DNA from: Opitutales bacterium
Lineage (GTDB): Bacteria; Verrucomicrobiota; Verrucomicrobiia; Opitutales; CAXXNP01
Reading direction: 5' to 3'
DNA: 32,000 bases
NCBI GenBank assembly: GCA_963666595.2
Contig: CAXXSV010000002.1
Span: forward strand, 393,166 to 425,165
Position 1 is the stretch's first letter. Every line of letters begins with the position of its first letter. Shown piece by piece: positions 1 to 9,269 of the stretch. The notes beneath the pieces were generated by a model. It did no database searches and had not been told where the DNA came from. It saw nothing but the letters and a program-made list of their open reading frames with translations. A program made the translations under genes and the position numbers.

Positions 1-158
1 GAAAGGAAATTCGCGCATTGGAACAAGTCGCCCATATAGGCCTCGACCGTGTGAGGCGAGAGACCTTTTTCCAAATCGATATGGGCGAGAAAACCCTCTA
101 TCGGTTCGTCGAAAGCCGTGGGCGCCTCCCTTGAGAATCTGCTTATTAAGGCGGGCAC
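1..158 (-). CDS. Tyrosine recombinase, XerC/XerD family (N-terminal fragment; gene continues beyond the left window edge)
   Basis: Minus-strand translation from GTG at 158 gives MPALISRFSREAPTAFDEPIEGFLAHIDLEKGLSPHTVEAYMGDLFQCANFL. The FL..L..EKGLS.NT..AY..DL..F..FL pattern is the typical XerC/XerD N-terminal core-binding domain. The ORF is too short in-window to appear in the track. The start is uncertain: a TTG at 194 is also in frame, and an in-frame stop lies at 204-206. Confidence 0.6.
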   Translation of the reverse strand, partial: MPALISRFSREAPTAFDEPIEGFLAHIDLEKGLSPHTVEAYMGDLFQCANFL

Positions 159-225
159 TTTTAATATGGGATAATTGTAATTACAATCTTGCAAACACCC
201 GTTTTATGCAAATAATAAATTGGCA

Positions 226-603
226 ATGGGCGAAGTAATACAATACCAATCGGGTGATGTCGTTATACAAGAAGGCGACATTACTGAAGGGATGTATGTG
301 CTCTCTTCGGGTATCCTCGAAGTATACAAGGGAGATGAATTTATAACCGAGATTAATAAGCCCGCCAGCATCTTCGGTGAAATGGGCGGTATTCTGGGTC
401 GACCGCGCACCTGCAAGATAATAGCCAAGACCGAATGTGAAGTAGTCCACATGTCCAAAGGGATTGATGAAATCATCCGGACCAGGCCCCAGGTTGCAAG
501 ACGCCTGATTTACAATTTGGCAGAACGGCTCGACACCGTGAACAGAAAATTGACCGGTACAGAAGAGGATCCGTTTTTTTGTTTTGAGGAAAAGCAGGAT
601 TAA
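226..603 (+). CDS. Stand-alone cyclic-nucleotide-binding (CNB/Crp-type) domain protein, about 125 aa
   Basis: GDVVIQEGDITEGMYVLSSGILEV followed by the phosphate-binding-cassette-like FGEMGGILGRPRTCKIIA is typical of cNMP-binding domains. No DNA-binding HTH follows. The track start at 220 is TTG, so the ATG at 226 is preferred. Confidence 0.7.
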   Translation: MGEVIQYQSGDVVIQEGDITEGMYVLSSGILEVYKGDEFITEINKPASIFGEMGGILGRPRTCKIIAKTECEVVHMSKGIDEIIRTRPQVARRLIYNLAERLDTVNRKLTGTEEDPFFCFEEKQD

Positions 604-671
604 ATAACCTAAGGATAGAGTAACTTATTTTACTTGCCATCAGGTAATTGACCGCCAATCACTTCTCTTGC

Positions 672-2030
672 ATGCCGGAGCAGGTCACTACCCCAGCCCA
701 CCGCGAGCCGCCTAAAGGGTTTTTCGCCTCTATACGTTATTTCGGGCCGGGACTTATCCTTTCGGCCAGCATCGTGGGTTCCGGAGAACTGATTGCCACA
801 ACCGCCCTGGGAGCCAAAGCGGGTTTTGGGCTAATGTGGGTTATCCTGATAGCCTGTCTGTTTAAGGTAGCAGTGCAGTTGCAATACGGACGGCATTGCA
901 TCTGCCACGGCCAACGTACTTATCAAGCCTGGAATAGTGTAGTAGGACCAAGGTTTTTCGGCATCAACTGGTCGGTATATTTCGGTTTCCTGTTTCTGGT
1001 AGTCTCTCTTGCCGGCCAAGGTGGGATAATAGGAGGGGCCGCTCAAGTAGTGGCCTTCGCTTTTCCCGGGGTCCCGATCGTAATATGTGTCGCTGTTATT
1101 GCGGTCTCTCTCAGCCTTCTTGTCTATAGAGGGGGCTACGGACGCATTCAAAATATAGCCATCGGCCTGAATATCTTTTTTACTACGATAATTTTGTTCT
1201 GCGTTTTTGCCGTACAGAAAACCCAATACGCCTACGGATTCGATGACATTGCCGGCGGGTTCTCATTTCAGTTGCCATCAGAATTGTGGGCAATTGCGCT
1301 GACAGTATTCGCCATTACCGGTGTGGCTGCCGGTGAAATCTTTACCTATCCCTACTGGTGCCTGGAAAAAGGATACGCCGCCTGGACCGGACCCAGGGAC
1401 GATTCGCCGGAGTGGGCTTCCCGTGCCAAGGGCTGGATGAAGGTAATGACCCTGGACGCCCTGCTCTCCATGGTGGTTTACACCGTGGCAACATTCGCCT
1501 TTTACATCCTTGGAGCCTCCGTATTGAATCCGCAGGAGTCGCTGGCCGACGGCCCGGACCTGATACTGCAATTATCTGCCATTTTTACCGACGTGCTCGG
1601 CCCGGGAACAAGGAATGTGTTCATGTTGGGAGCCTTTGCCGTATTGTTCTCGACCGTTTTCGCCAACGCCGCCGGCTACGCCCGGCAATGGGCCGACCTT
1701 TTTGGTGTATGCCGTGTAATCGATACAGACAAGGCAGGCGTGCGAACCCACTGGATTGCGATAATGTCGTGGATTGTCCCCGCATGCTGGGGCACCACGT
1801 ATTTACTTTATCAAAACCCGCTTTACCTGGTAATACTTAATGGCCTTTCCAACGCGCTTTTCCTTGTGGTAATCGCTATTCAGGCAATGGTTTTTCGCTA
1901 CCGTTACACCGACCCACGGTTGATCCCCACCCGCTGGTATGACGCCGCCCTATGGCTTGCAATTGCCTCCATCACCTTCATGGCCTGGCGCACATTTGGT
2001 GGAATATTGGATCGCCTGCTAAACAGCTGA
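672..2030 (+). CDS. NRAMP-family (MntH-like) membrane transporter, divergent
   Basis: FGPGLILSASIVGSGELIATTALGAKAGFGLMWVIL aligns position-for-position with the E. coli MntH TM1 region [36 protein letters not shown]. The protein is polytopic and hydrophobic throughout. The track start at 648 is TTG and the first ATG is 672, so the start is uncertain. Confidence 0.6.
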   Translation: MPEQVTTPAHREPPKGFFASIRYFGPGLILSASIVGSGELIATTALGAKAGFGLMWVILIACLFKVAVQLQYGRHCICHGQRTYQAWNSVVGPRFFGINWSVYFGFLFLVVSLAGQGGIIGGAAQVVAFAFPGVPIVICVAVIAVSLSLLVYRGGYGRIQNIAIGLNIFFTTIILFCVFAVQKTQYAYGFDDIAGGFSFQLPSELWAIALTVFAITGVAAGEIFTYPYWCLEKGYAAWTGPRDDSPEWASRAKGWMKVMTLDALLSMVVYTVATFAFYILGASVLNPQESLADGPDLILQLSAIFTDVLGPGTRNVFMLGAFAVLFSTVFANAAGYARQWADLFGVCRVIDTDKAGVRTHWIAIMSWIVPACWGTTYLLYQNPLYLVILNGLSNALFLVVIAIQAMVFRYRYTDPRLIPTRWYDAALWLAIASITFMAWRTFGGILDRLLNS

Positions 2031-2178
2031 CCTTTCCAATAAAGTCGCTTTTTGCTTTCCTTTAATGGCCTGGCGCACGATTTAACGTTTGTTTTAAAAT
2101 AAAGTCCAAGCGGCATAAAATATCCTATCGCCACTCTCTCGGGGAAGAAAACTCACTCTCCATGCTCTAGTCATGTAA

Positions 2179-3597
2179 ATGATAAGACGCATGGTGAAGT
2201 ATAAATTTTATAACAGCCACAAACGCTCACCGCTGTTCTCAGTTGTGGCGGGATTCGTTATTTACCTTGTTCTTGGCGCCGGGTCTCTGTCGGTAGCCCA
2301 GCCATCGGAAGACTCCTCGGAGGAGGTGCAAACGATCCTAAAGCTCCTTTCTCCCGATCAAAAAACCAGGATAAATGCTTTTGAGCAAATCAGCCGGAGA
2401 TGGAGTGACAGTTTTACTCCAATGATTCTCGAAATAGTCCGGTTAAATTCCGATGTCTCCCTCAACCGCCGCTTGTTTAACCTGCTAGCCCGGGAGACCA
2501 GCCAGAAATTCGGCTCCGACATTAGTCGCTGGCAAGTGTGGTTGTGGAATAATGAGCCTCTATCGCATTCGAATTACGCCGATTTTAAATCTTTCCTCTA
2601 CGGCTTGGTAGATCCGAAGTTTACCGGCTATTTCAGCAGCGACCGCACATCAAAAATCCGCCTGGACGAAGTCATTTGGGGAGGCGTCCGCCAGGATGGA
2701 ATCCCTCCTTTGCGCCACCCGAAAATGATTTCCGCCGCGCAAGCCAAATACCTGGACGACGACAACATTGTTTTCGGCATCGAAGTCAACGGCGACGCCA
2801 GAGCGTATCCTAAACGTATCCTGGCTTGGCACGAAATGTTCGTCGATGAAGTGGGCGGTAAACACGTGGCGGGGGTTTACTGCACCCTTTGCGGCGCCAT
2901 GATTTTATACGAGACAGAACACGCGGGAGTGTCTTATCACCTTGGCACAAGCGGCTTTCTGTACCGATCGAACAAGCTGATGTACGACAGGAAAACGCAA
3001 TCCCTTTGGAACACCATTTGGGGGCAACCAGTCATCGGACCTCTTGCCAACTCCGACATTACACTGGAACGCCTTAGCGTGGTCACCACCACCTGGGGTG
3101 AGTGGCGCCGCCGTCATCCCGGCACGCAGGTATTGTCTATCAATACCGGCCATCGTCGGGATTATTCCGAAGGCGCCGCTTACAAATCCTATTTTGCAAC
3201 CGACGAACTGATGTTCGGCGTACCAAAACTGGACACCCGGCTCGACAACAAAGCCGAAGTGCTGGGCCTCGTCTTTAAACATTTCTCACGGACTCCTCTG
3301 GCCATTTCGGAAAAATTTCTGTCCGAAAACTCTCTTTACCATGACCGCCTCGGAGATATCGACTTTATTGTCCTCACCGACAAGTCGGGCGCCAACCGTG
3401 TGTTCGAAACCAATGGCATCTCATTTCGTCTATGGGACCGCGATCAAACTGCAACCGACCAACAAGGTGTCCCTTGGACAATGAGCGAAAGCAGGCTCAC
3501 CGCTTCCGACGGCCGCACCTTGGACCGCCTGCCGGCCCACAGGGCATTTTGGTTCGGCTGGTTTTCGGCCTACCCCCAGACCCGGTTGGTGCGGTGA
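2179..3597 (+). CDS. DUF3179 domain-containing protein with N-terminal membrane anchor or signal
   Basis: The core DGIPPLRHPKMISAAQAKYLDDDNIVFGIEVNGDARAYPKRILAWHEMFVDEVGGKHVAGVYCTLCG matches the DUF3179 signature (DGIP, NG.ARAYP, HE, YCPLCG). There is a hydrophobic N-terminal segment, FSVVAGFVIYLVLGAGSLSVA. Confidence 0.75.
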   Translation: MIRRMVKYKFYNSHKRSPLFSVVAGFVIYLVLGAGSLSVAQPSEDSSEEVQTILKLLSPDQKTRINAFEQISRRWSDSFTPMILEIVRLNSDVSLNRRLFNLLARETSQKFGSDISRWQVWLWNNEPLSHSNYADFKSFLYGLVDPKFTGYFSSDRTSKIRLDEVIWGGVRQDGIPPLRHPKMISAAQAKYLDDDNIVFGIEVNGDARAYPKRILAWHEMFVDEVGGKHVAGVYCTLCGAMILYETEHAGVSYHLGTSGFLYRSNKLMYDRKTQSLWNTIWGQPVIGPLANSDITLERLSVVTTTWGEWRRRHPGTQVLSINTGHRRDYSEGAAYKSYFATDELMFGVPKLDTRLDNKAEVLGLVFKHFSRTPLAISEKFLSENSLYHDRLGDIDFIVLTDKSGANRVFETNGISFRLWDRDQTATDQQGVPWTMSESRLTASDGRTLDRLPAHRAFWFGWFSAYPQTRLVR

Positions 3598-3606
3598 TTT
3601 CCTCTA

Positions 3607-5028
3607 TCAGGAATTTAGGCTCTCGACCAGGGCTCCGGCAATGCCGTCGAATGCGCCGTTGGAGAAAAAACAGACCACTTTTTTTCCCTCGGTTTGACTC
3701 GTGCACTCATTTCTAACTGCTTCCAGGAGATCGGCGTTGCTGTCAAAATTGCTGGCCGCCGTATCACCGGATTTTAAGTCGCTGCATAAGCGGTCGAGGT
3801 TGAGACGTTCTTCCGGGGATAGCTTCTCGGAGCGGTGAATGGGTCCGATAAGGACCAGGTCGGCCTGCTCCAGGGATTTACAGAGAGAATCCTGGAAGAC
3901 CCGGGTGCGAAGAGTATTGCTGCGCGGTTCGATGCAGGCAATAAGGCGCCGGCCGGCATATCGGGCACGAAGCGACCGCAGAGTAGCGGCCAGGGCCGTT
4001 GGATGATGAGCAAAGTCATCCACTACCGTGAGCTGGTTATCGGTAAAGAGGACCTCCTGGCGGCGTTTCACACCCTGAAAGTCTCTCAAGGCGGAAAGTT
4101 TAAGGGATGTGGGGTTTTTCGGATTCAGGACCAGGGCGACCGCCAGGACGGCCATGGCTGCGTTGTGCGCGTTATACTCGCCGGGTAGATTCCATGAGAC
4201 CCGCGACCACTGTTCCCCTTTCCATTCCAGGTCAAAAGCCGACCCATCCTCATCCTCTTCAAAACCGGCAATTCGCAAGTCATTATTTTTACCCTCGCCG
4301 ACCCGTATAACCGTGGTCCAGAACACCGGCAGCAGCGCCTCCAGATTGGCATCGTCGCCATTGATCAGAACGAAGCCGCCGCTGGGAACGATGCGCAAAA
4401 GATGGTCGAAACTTCGCTGGACATCAGCCAGGTCCCGAAAGATGTCGGCGTGATCGAACTCGAGATTGTTGAGGACCAGAATATTGGGCCGGTAATGGAC
4501 GAACTTGCTGCGCTTGTCGAAAAACGCGCTGTCGTATTCGTCGCCTTCGATAACGAATGGGGCATCGGGCGCGCCAAGGTTTGCGCCGCAGGGAAAATCC
4601 CTGGGGACCCCTCCGATCAGGTAACCTGCATCAACGCCGTTAGCCCGCAATAAAAAAGCCGCAAGGGCTGTGGTCGTTGTTTTACCATGGGTGCCGGCGA
4701 TGACTATGTTCTTGCGGTCCAGAAGGATTTGGTCACTTACAAGGGCCGGCAGTGACGTCATCGGAAATCGGCGGGTATCAAGCAGCCACTCGATTTCGGG
4801 GTTGCCACGGGTGACGGCATTGCCAACCACCACGATATCGGGTGAGATTTTTTCCAGGCGCTCCCGCGAATATCCTTCGTATACCTCGATTTCGGAGTCC
4901 TTTAGGAGATCGGACATTGGCGGATAGACATCGGCATCGGCGCCTGCCACCTCGTGACCCTGTGCGCGCAGGAGTAAGGCGACATTGCCCATGGCGGTTC
5001 CGCATAATCCGATGAAGTAAATACGCAT
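3607..5028 (-). CDS. mpl: UDP-N-acetylmuramate:L-alanyl-gamma-D-glutamyl-meso-diaminopimelate ligase (murein peptide ligase)
   Basis: The N-terminus MRIYFIGLCGTAMGNVALLLRAQGHEVAGADADVYPPMSDLL closely parallels E. coli Mpl (MRIHILGICGTFMGG...SDANVYPPMS). The Mur-ligase P-loop GTHGKTTTT is present. The second ATG (5028) is preferred over 5034. Confidence 0.85.
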   Translation of the reverse strand: MRIYFIGLCGTAMGNVALLLRAQGHEVAGADADVYPPMSDLLKDSEIEVYEGYSRERLEKISPDIVVVGNAVTRGNPEIEWLLDTRRFPMTSLPALVSDQILLDRKNIVIAGTHGKTTTTALAAFLLRANGVDAGYLIGGVPRDFPCGANLGAPDAPFVIEGDEYDSAFFDKRSKFVHYRPNILVLNNLEFDHADIFRDLADVQRSFDHLLRIVPSGGFVLINGDDANLEALLPVFWTTVIRVGEGKNNDLRIAGFEEDEDGSAFDLEWKGEQWSRVSWNLPGEYNAHNAAMAVLAVALVLNPKNPTSLKLSALRDFQGVKRRQEVLFTDNQLTVVDDFAHHPTALAATLRSLRARYAGRRLIACIEPRSNTLRTRVFQDSLCKSLEQADLVLIGPIHRSEKLSPEERLNLDRLCSDLKSGDTAASNFDSNADLLEAVRNECTSQTEGKKVVCFFSNGAFDGIAGALVESLNS

Positions 5029-5152
5029 AGGCATTCATTGAGCTAAAGCTGCCGTATTTGACAATCGAATAATGCCTTTGCCTGTTGACTAGTTAGTGCC
5101 GCGCGCCAACAAATTATGCCGGACACCAAAACGCCAACATTTATTTGTAGCA

Positions 5153-6445
5153 ATGAGTAACGACATAGGAAAAGTCCTCGTAATAGGTTCCGGAGGCCGC
5201 GAACACACCCTTGTGCAGGCCTGCCTTGATAGTCCGTTGGTCAATGAGGTTATCGCCGCACCGGGCAACGGCGGTATTGCCCGGGACGCTGTTTGCCATC
5301 CTGTGGCCGATACCGATATAGAAGGTTTAGTTGCCCTGGCGCGTGAGGAATCGGTGGGCCTCGTTGTTGTAGGTCCGGAAACCCCGCTGAGCATGGGATT
5401 AGTTGACGCGCTCGCCGATGCGGGGATCCCGGCATACGGCCCCAACCGGGAGGCGGCCCAGTTGGAAGCCAGCAAGGCTTTCACGAAATCTCTGCTTCAT
5501 AAATACGGCGTGCCCACCGCCGAATCGAAAACATTTACCCGGGAGGAAACGGATGCAGCCCTGGAATATTTGAGAGGCCACCGATTTCCGCTCGTCATCA
5601 AAGCAAGCGGTTTGGCGGCTGGAAAAGGAGTGATAATTGCTGAAGACATCGACTTGGCTGAACAAACGCTGCGCGGTATGATGAGCGGGGAACTTTTTGG
5701 CGAAAGCGGTCGCGAGGTCGTGATCGAAGAATATCTCGAAGGTGATGAGGCATCGATAACACTCATGGTGTCGGGTCGAAAATACGTCAGCCTGCCTCCC
5801 AGTCAGGATCATAAACGTATCGGAGAAAACGACACCGGCCCCAATACCGGAGGCATGGGCGCTTATGCTCCGGCCGCCGTTGTAACCCCGGAAGTGAACC
5901 GGAAAGTCATCGAAACAATCATCGAGCCTACACTGGAAGGTCTGGTCGAGGAAGGAATCGACTACCGGGGCACTCTTTACATCGGAATCATGATCACATC
6001 GGAAGGCCCAAAGGTCATCGAGTTTAACGTCCGTTTCGGCGACCCGGAAACCCAGGTGGTTCTTCCCCTGCTCGAAAGTGACCCTGTGGCCCTTATGATG
6101 GATTGCGCACAGGGAACACTCGAACCTTCCGCACTTCGCCTCAAGCGGCAATTCGCAATAGTGGTGGTCATGGCTATGCAGGGCTATCCGGGCAGTTATG
6201 AAAAAGGGGAAGTAATATCATTTCCGGATTGCATACCCGACAATACACGCATCATCCATGCTGGCACCCGCCGGAATGGTAATGGCAAGACAGTAACAAG
6301 CGGCGGACGGGTGCTCGGCATTTTGGCTCTTAATGAAAGCCTGCCATCCGCCGCGCGCGATGCATACGCCTTATGCGAAAAAGTTAGTTTTCCTTCGCGT
6401 TATTACCGGCGCGATATTGGCGCCAGGCAGTTGAAATGGGAATAG
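5153..6445 (+). CDS. purD: Phosphoribosylamine--glycine ligase
   Basis: KVLVIGSGGREHTL, an ATP-grasp core, and GPKVIEFNVRFGDPETQ and GGRVLG motifs are present. The track start at 5096 is GTG with a non-homologous leader. The ATG at 5153 gives the canonical N-terminus. Confidence 0.95.
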   Translation: MSNDIGKVLVIGSGGREHTLVQACLDSPLVNEVIAAPGNGGIARDAVCHPVADTDIEGLVALAREESVGLVVVGPETPLSMGLVDALADAGIPAYGPNREAAQLEASKAFTKSLLHKYGVPTAESKTFTREETDAALEYLRGHRFPLVIKASGLAAGKGVIIAEDIDLAEQTLRGMMSGELFGESGREVVIEEYLEGDEASITLMVSGRKYVSLPPSQDHKRIGENDTGPNTGGMGAYAPAAVVTPEVNRKVIETIIEPTLEGLVEEGIDYRGTLYIGIMITSEGPKVIEFNVRFGDPETQVVLPLLESDPVALMMDCAQGTLEPSALRLKRQFAIVVVMAMQGYPGSYEKGEVISFPDCIPDNTRIIHAGTRRNGNGKTVTSGGRVLGILALNESLPSAARDAYALCEKVSFPSRYYRRDIGARQLKWE

Positions 6446-6590
6446 GCCGCTTACCGCCATAATTTCTGGCGGACACGATTCCACAAAGGACGGCGCTCAT
6501 CAAGGCTTTACAAGTGTTGGGGAGAATGACAGACTACCAGGACTGGTTTCAAAGGTTATTACTACGGCTTTTGAAATCTTTTCTAAATTT

Positions 6591-7082
6591 ATGCCGGATT
6601 CTCCACGATACGTCACGTGCGTTTGCACCGCCAATATTTGCCGAAGCCCTATGGCTGCCAAGCTCCTGGAACACGCTTTGGCAGCAGAACCTGAACCTTT
6701 GAAGTTACTAATCCCAATCTCGGGCGGAATCGCCGCCTGGGACGGAGACGGACCTTCCAAAAATTCCGTGCGGGTTTTGAAAAAAGTTGGACTTGACATT
6801 TCCGGACACCGCAGCCGCCGCGTTACCCTCGAAATGGCGGAGAACTCCTTCATACTATTATGTATGACCAGAGCGCACAAACACATACTCAATGAAAGTT
6901 TTCCAAACCTTAAACAGCCAGTTCACTTGTTGCGGGATTTTCTGCCTTCTGCAACCGAACTGGAAATACGAGACCCTTACGGTTTGGACCTGCATTCCTA
7001 TGAGGTATGCCGCGACAGCATTGTCGAGGCCATTCCATCGGTTGTCGATTATCTGAGGAAACTGGTTGATTCCCAGCGATGA
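6591..7082 (+). CDS. Low-molecular-weight protein phosphatase (LMW-PTP / YwlE-like family)
   Basis: A CX5R(S) P-loop, VCTANICRSPMAA, sits near the N-terminus. The general-acid DP motif (IRDPYG) lies near the C-terminus. The size is about 160 aa. Confidence 0.85.
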   Translation: MPDSPRYVTCVCTANICRSPMAAKLLEHALAAEPEPLKLLIPISGGIAAWDGDGPSKNSVRVLKKVGLDISGHRSRRVTLEMAENSFILLCMTRAHKHILNESFPNLKQPVHLLRDFLPSATELEIRDPYGLDLHSYEVCRDSIVEAIPSVVDYLRKLVDSQR

Positions 7083-7213
7083 AGAGTATTTGCAGTAACC
7101 TCGACCTTGATATATTGCGAAGCTCGGAACTGACAAAGCTTTGACAAACTTGAAAGATTCCGAAACTTTCATCACAACTCCTCCATGATTCTCTTTGTCC
7201 GCCTTGAAAGGTA

Positions 7214-8482
7214 ATGATTACAGAAACTTCCATACTCAATAACGCGCCATTGAAAGACCTAGACCCGGATGTCTATGCAGCCATCCAGGATGAAATCGAA
7301 CGCCAGCAAACTCATATTGAATTGATCGCTTCGGAGAACTTCACCCTGCCTGCCATAATGGAGGCAACCGGCAGCGTGATGACCAATAAATACGCCGAGG
7401 GTTACCCAAGGCGGCGCTGGTATGGCGGCTGTAAGCACGTCGATACAGTCGAGCAGTTGGCCATAGATAGGGCCAAGGAGCTTTTCGGCGCCGATCATGC
7501 CAACGTGCAACCACACAGCGGCACCCAGGCCAACGCCGCGGTTTATTTCAGCGTTCTACAGCCGGGTGATAAAATTCTGACAATGAACCTGTCCGATGGC
7601 GGCCATCTCACTCACGGTTCGCCGGTTAATTTCAGCGGCAAACTCTACAAAGTCGTCCACTACGGAGTAGGCAGCGAGGACGGTCGAATCGATTACGATC
7701 AACTCGCCAAGACTGCTGCAACTGAAAAACCTAAAATGATTACTGTGGGCGCTTCAGCCTACCCGCGCATTATAGACTTCGAGCGCATGGGCCAAATCGC
7801 ACGTGATACCGGCGCCTACCTGATGGCCGATATAGCGCACATAGCCGGGTTAGTGGTTACAGGGTTGCACCCTTCTCCGGTGGCCCACGCTGATTTTGTA
7901 ACCACCACAACACATAAGACTCTTCGCGGACCTCGAGGAGGGCTTATCCTGTGCCGGGAAGCTCATGCCAAGGCAATCGATTCGGCTCTCTTCCCCGGCT
8001 CCCAAGGGGGGCCGTTAATGCACGTCATCGCCGCCAAGGCCGTGTGCCTTAGCGAAGCCATCAAACCAGAATTCAAGGATTACCAGGCACAAATCGTGGC
8101 TAATGCCAAGGCCATGGCGGATGCCCTGCTCGAAAAGGGTTACTTTCTCACCAGCGGTGGAACCGACAACCATCTCATGCTGGTGGACCTGCGGCCCACT
8201 CATCCGGATTTAACTGGCAAGGACGCCCAGTTGGCCCTCGACAAAACAAACATTACCATAAATAAAAACACCGTGCCCGGCGAGACTCGTAGCCCCTTCA
8301 AAGCCAGCGGTATCCGGCTAGGCACCCCTGCGGTTACCTCGCGAGGAATGCGCGAGCAGGAAATGCGCGAAATCGTCCGCGTCATCGACATCGTCTTGTC
8401 GGACCCGGAGAATGAGCAACGCTTGTCCGAGGTTCGGGAGATCGCTCTCGGACTCTGCCGCAATTTCCCATTGCCCTACTAA
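7214..8482 (+). CDS. glyA: Serine hydroxymethyltransferase
   Basis: Full-length SHMT. Motifs include [24 protein letters not shown] and the PLP-lysine motif [14 protein letters not shown]. Confidence 0.97.
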   Translation: MITETSILNNAPLKDLDPDVYAAIQDEIERQQTHIELIASENFTLPAIMEATGSVMTNKYAEGYPRRRWYGGCKHVDTVEQLAIDRAKELFGADHANVQPHSGTQANAAVYFSVLQPGDKILTMNLSDGGHLTHGSPVNFSGKLYKVVHYGVGSEDGRIDYDQLAKTAATEKPKMITVGASAYPRIIDFERMGQIARDTGAYLMADIAHIAGLVVTGLHPSPVAHADFVTTTTHKTLRGPRGGLILCREAHAKAIDSALFPGSQGGPLMHVIAAKAVCLSEAIKPEFKDYQAQIVANAKAMADALLEKGYFLTSGGTDNHLMLVDLRPTHPDLTGKDAQLALDKTNITINKNTVPGETRSPFKASGIRLGTPAVTSRGMREQEMREIVRVIDIVLSDPENEQRLSEVREIALGLCRNFPLPY

Positions 8483-8500
8483 AGGCTAACGACGACAGCC

Positions 8501-9244
8501 ATGCATAAAAAAAGCTCTTATAATTTTATAAAAGACCTGCGCCGGTCGATCCATCGATCAGGTTTCACTTTGATCGAACTGCTGACGGTTATTGCTATCA
8601 TCGCGATTCTGGCTGCCCTCCTGATACCCGCCGCAGGCAAAGCCAGGGAACTGGCTCAAAAACAGAAAGCCGCCAGTAATATTCGCCAAATCATCATGGC
8701 CTATAGCGTTTACACCAATCAGAACGGCAAGACCCGAACCATTCCAAGCACGGGCGAAAATGCAGTAACCGACATCTACCAGTGGGCCCGAATCCTGGCC
8801 GCCGAAGTGGAATTGAGCGACGCCTTTCTCTACTACGTTGATGTCGACCCCTTGGTCTCGGGAGCCGATCTGCCAAATGTTATTGTGCTTAATAACCTGG
8901 AATCCGGATCTGTGTCACTCGATCCCAAATGGAATAATTCGCCAGTGAGTTATGAAGCGGCGGCGGGCCTAAGCCCTCTCGCCCCAGTGACCACAACACC
9001 GGTCATTTGGACTCGCGGGTTACGCTCTGACGGAACATGGGCCCCCGACTCTCCATGGGAAGGCCGAGGCGTTCATATCGGCTTTCTGGACGGCCACGTC
9101 GTGTTTTTCAAAAACCTCGGTGAAGGTGACGATGCTGTCCTCATAAATTACGTAAATAAATCGCCTACCGCCAACATCGAGGAAGCGATAAATAAGAGTA
9201 GCGGAGCCATCGTAGTAAAACCCGCCGTCGGCGGCACTCCCTAA
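8501..9244 (+). CDS. Prepilin-type N-terminal cleavage/methylation domain protein (pseudopilin-like, PVC-type paralogue family)
   Basis: [24 protein letters not shown] is a class III signal peptide with a methylation motif. The C-terminal [12 protein letters not shown] resembles the conserved DGH-containing tail of the large Verrucomicrobia/Planctomycetes family. Confidence 0.8.
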   Translation: MHKKSSYNFIKDLRRSIHRSGFTLIELLTVIAIIAILAALLIPAAGKARELAQKQKAASNIRQIIMAYSVYTNQNGKTRTIPSTGENAVTDIYQWARILAAEVELSDAFLYYVDVDPLVSGADLPNVIVLNNLESGSVSLDPKWNNSPVSYEAAAGLSPLAPVTTTPVIWTRGLRSDGTWAPDSPWEGRGVHIGFLDGHVVFFKNLGEGDDAVLINYVNKSPTANIEEAINKSSGAIVVKPAVGGTP

Positions 9245-9269
9245 TCCTCCAACCGGCTATAAAGGGAAA

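Noticed and set aside
2824-2960. Sigma-54 promoter-like TGGCAC hexamers, for example TGGCACGAAATGTTCG near 2827, TGGCACAAGCGGCTTT near 2943, and others near 10894, 17134, 18769 and 19910.
   Set aside because: All lie inside coding sequences and lack the TTGC(A/T) element at the correct N5 spacing. None was seen in intergenic regions.
6454-6472. Hairpin CCGCCA-TAATTTC-TGGCGG just after the purD stop, considered as an intrinsic terminator. Similar weak stems lie at 12856-12872 (GGAGG...CCTCC) and 21605-21629 (GGAAGG...CCTTCC).
   Set aside because: The stems are only 5-6 bp with no following U-tract, so there is not enough evidence to call terminators. They are kept only as notes.
7083-7213. 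ZTP (pfl), THF or glycine riboswitch upstream of glyA. A purine or ZTP riboswitch upstream of purD (5035-5152) was also considered.
   Set aside because: I could not find the conserved cores (for example GGGUCGUGAC...CCGCCUGGGCA for ZTP) or the required pseudoknot or stem architecture. The spacers are short and AT-rich. A covariance-model scan (Rfam/Infernal) would be the decisive test.
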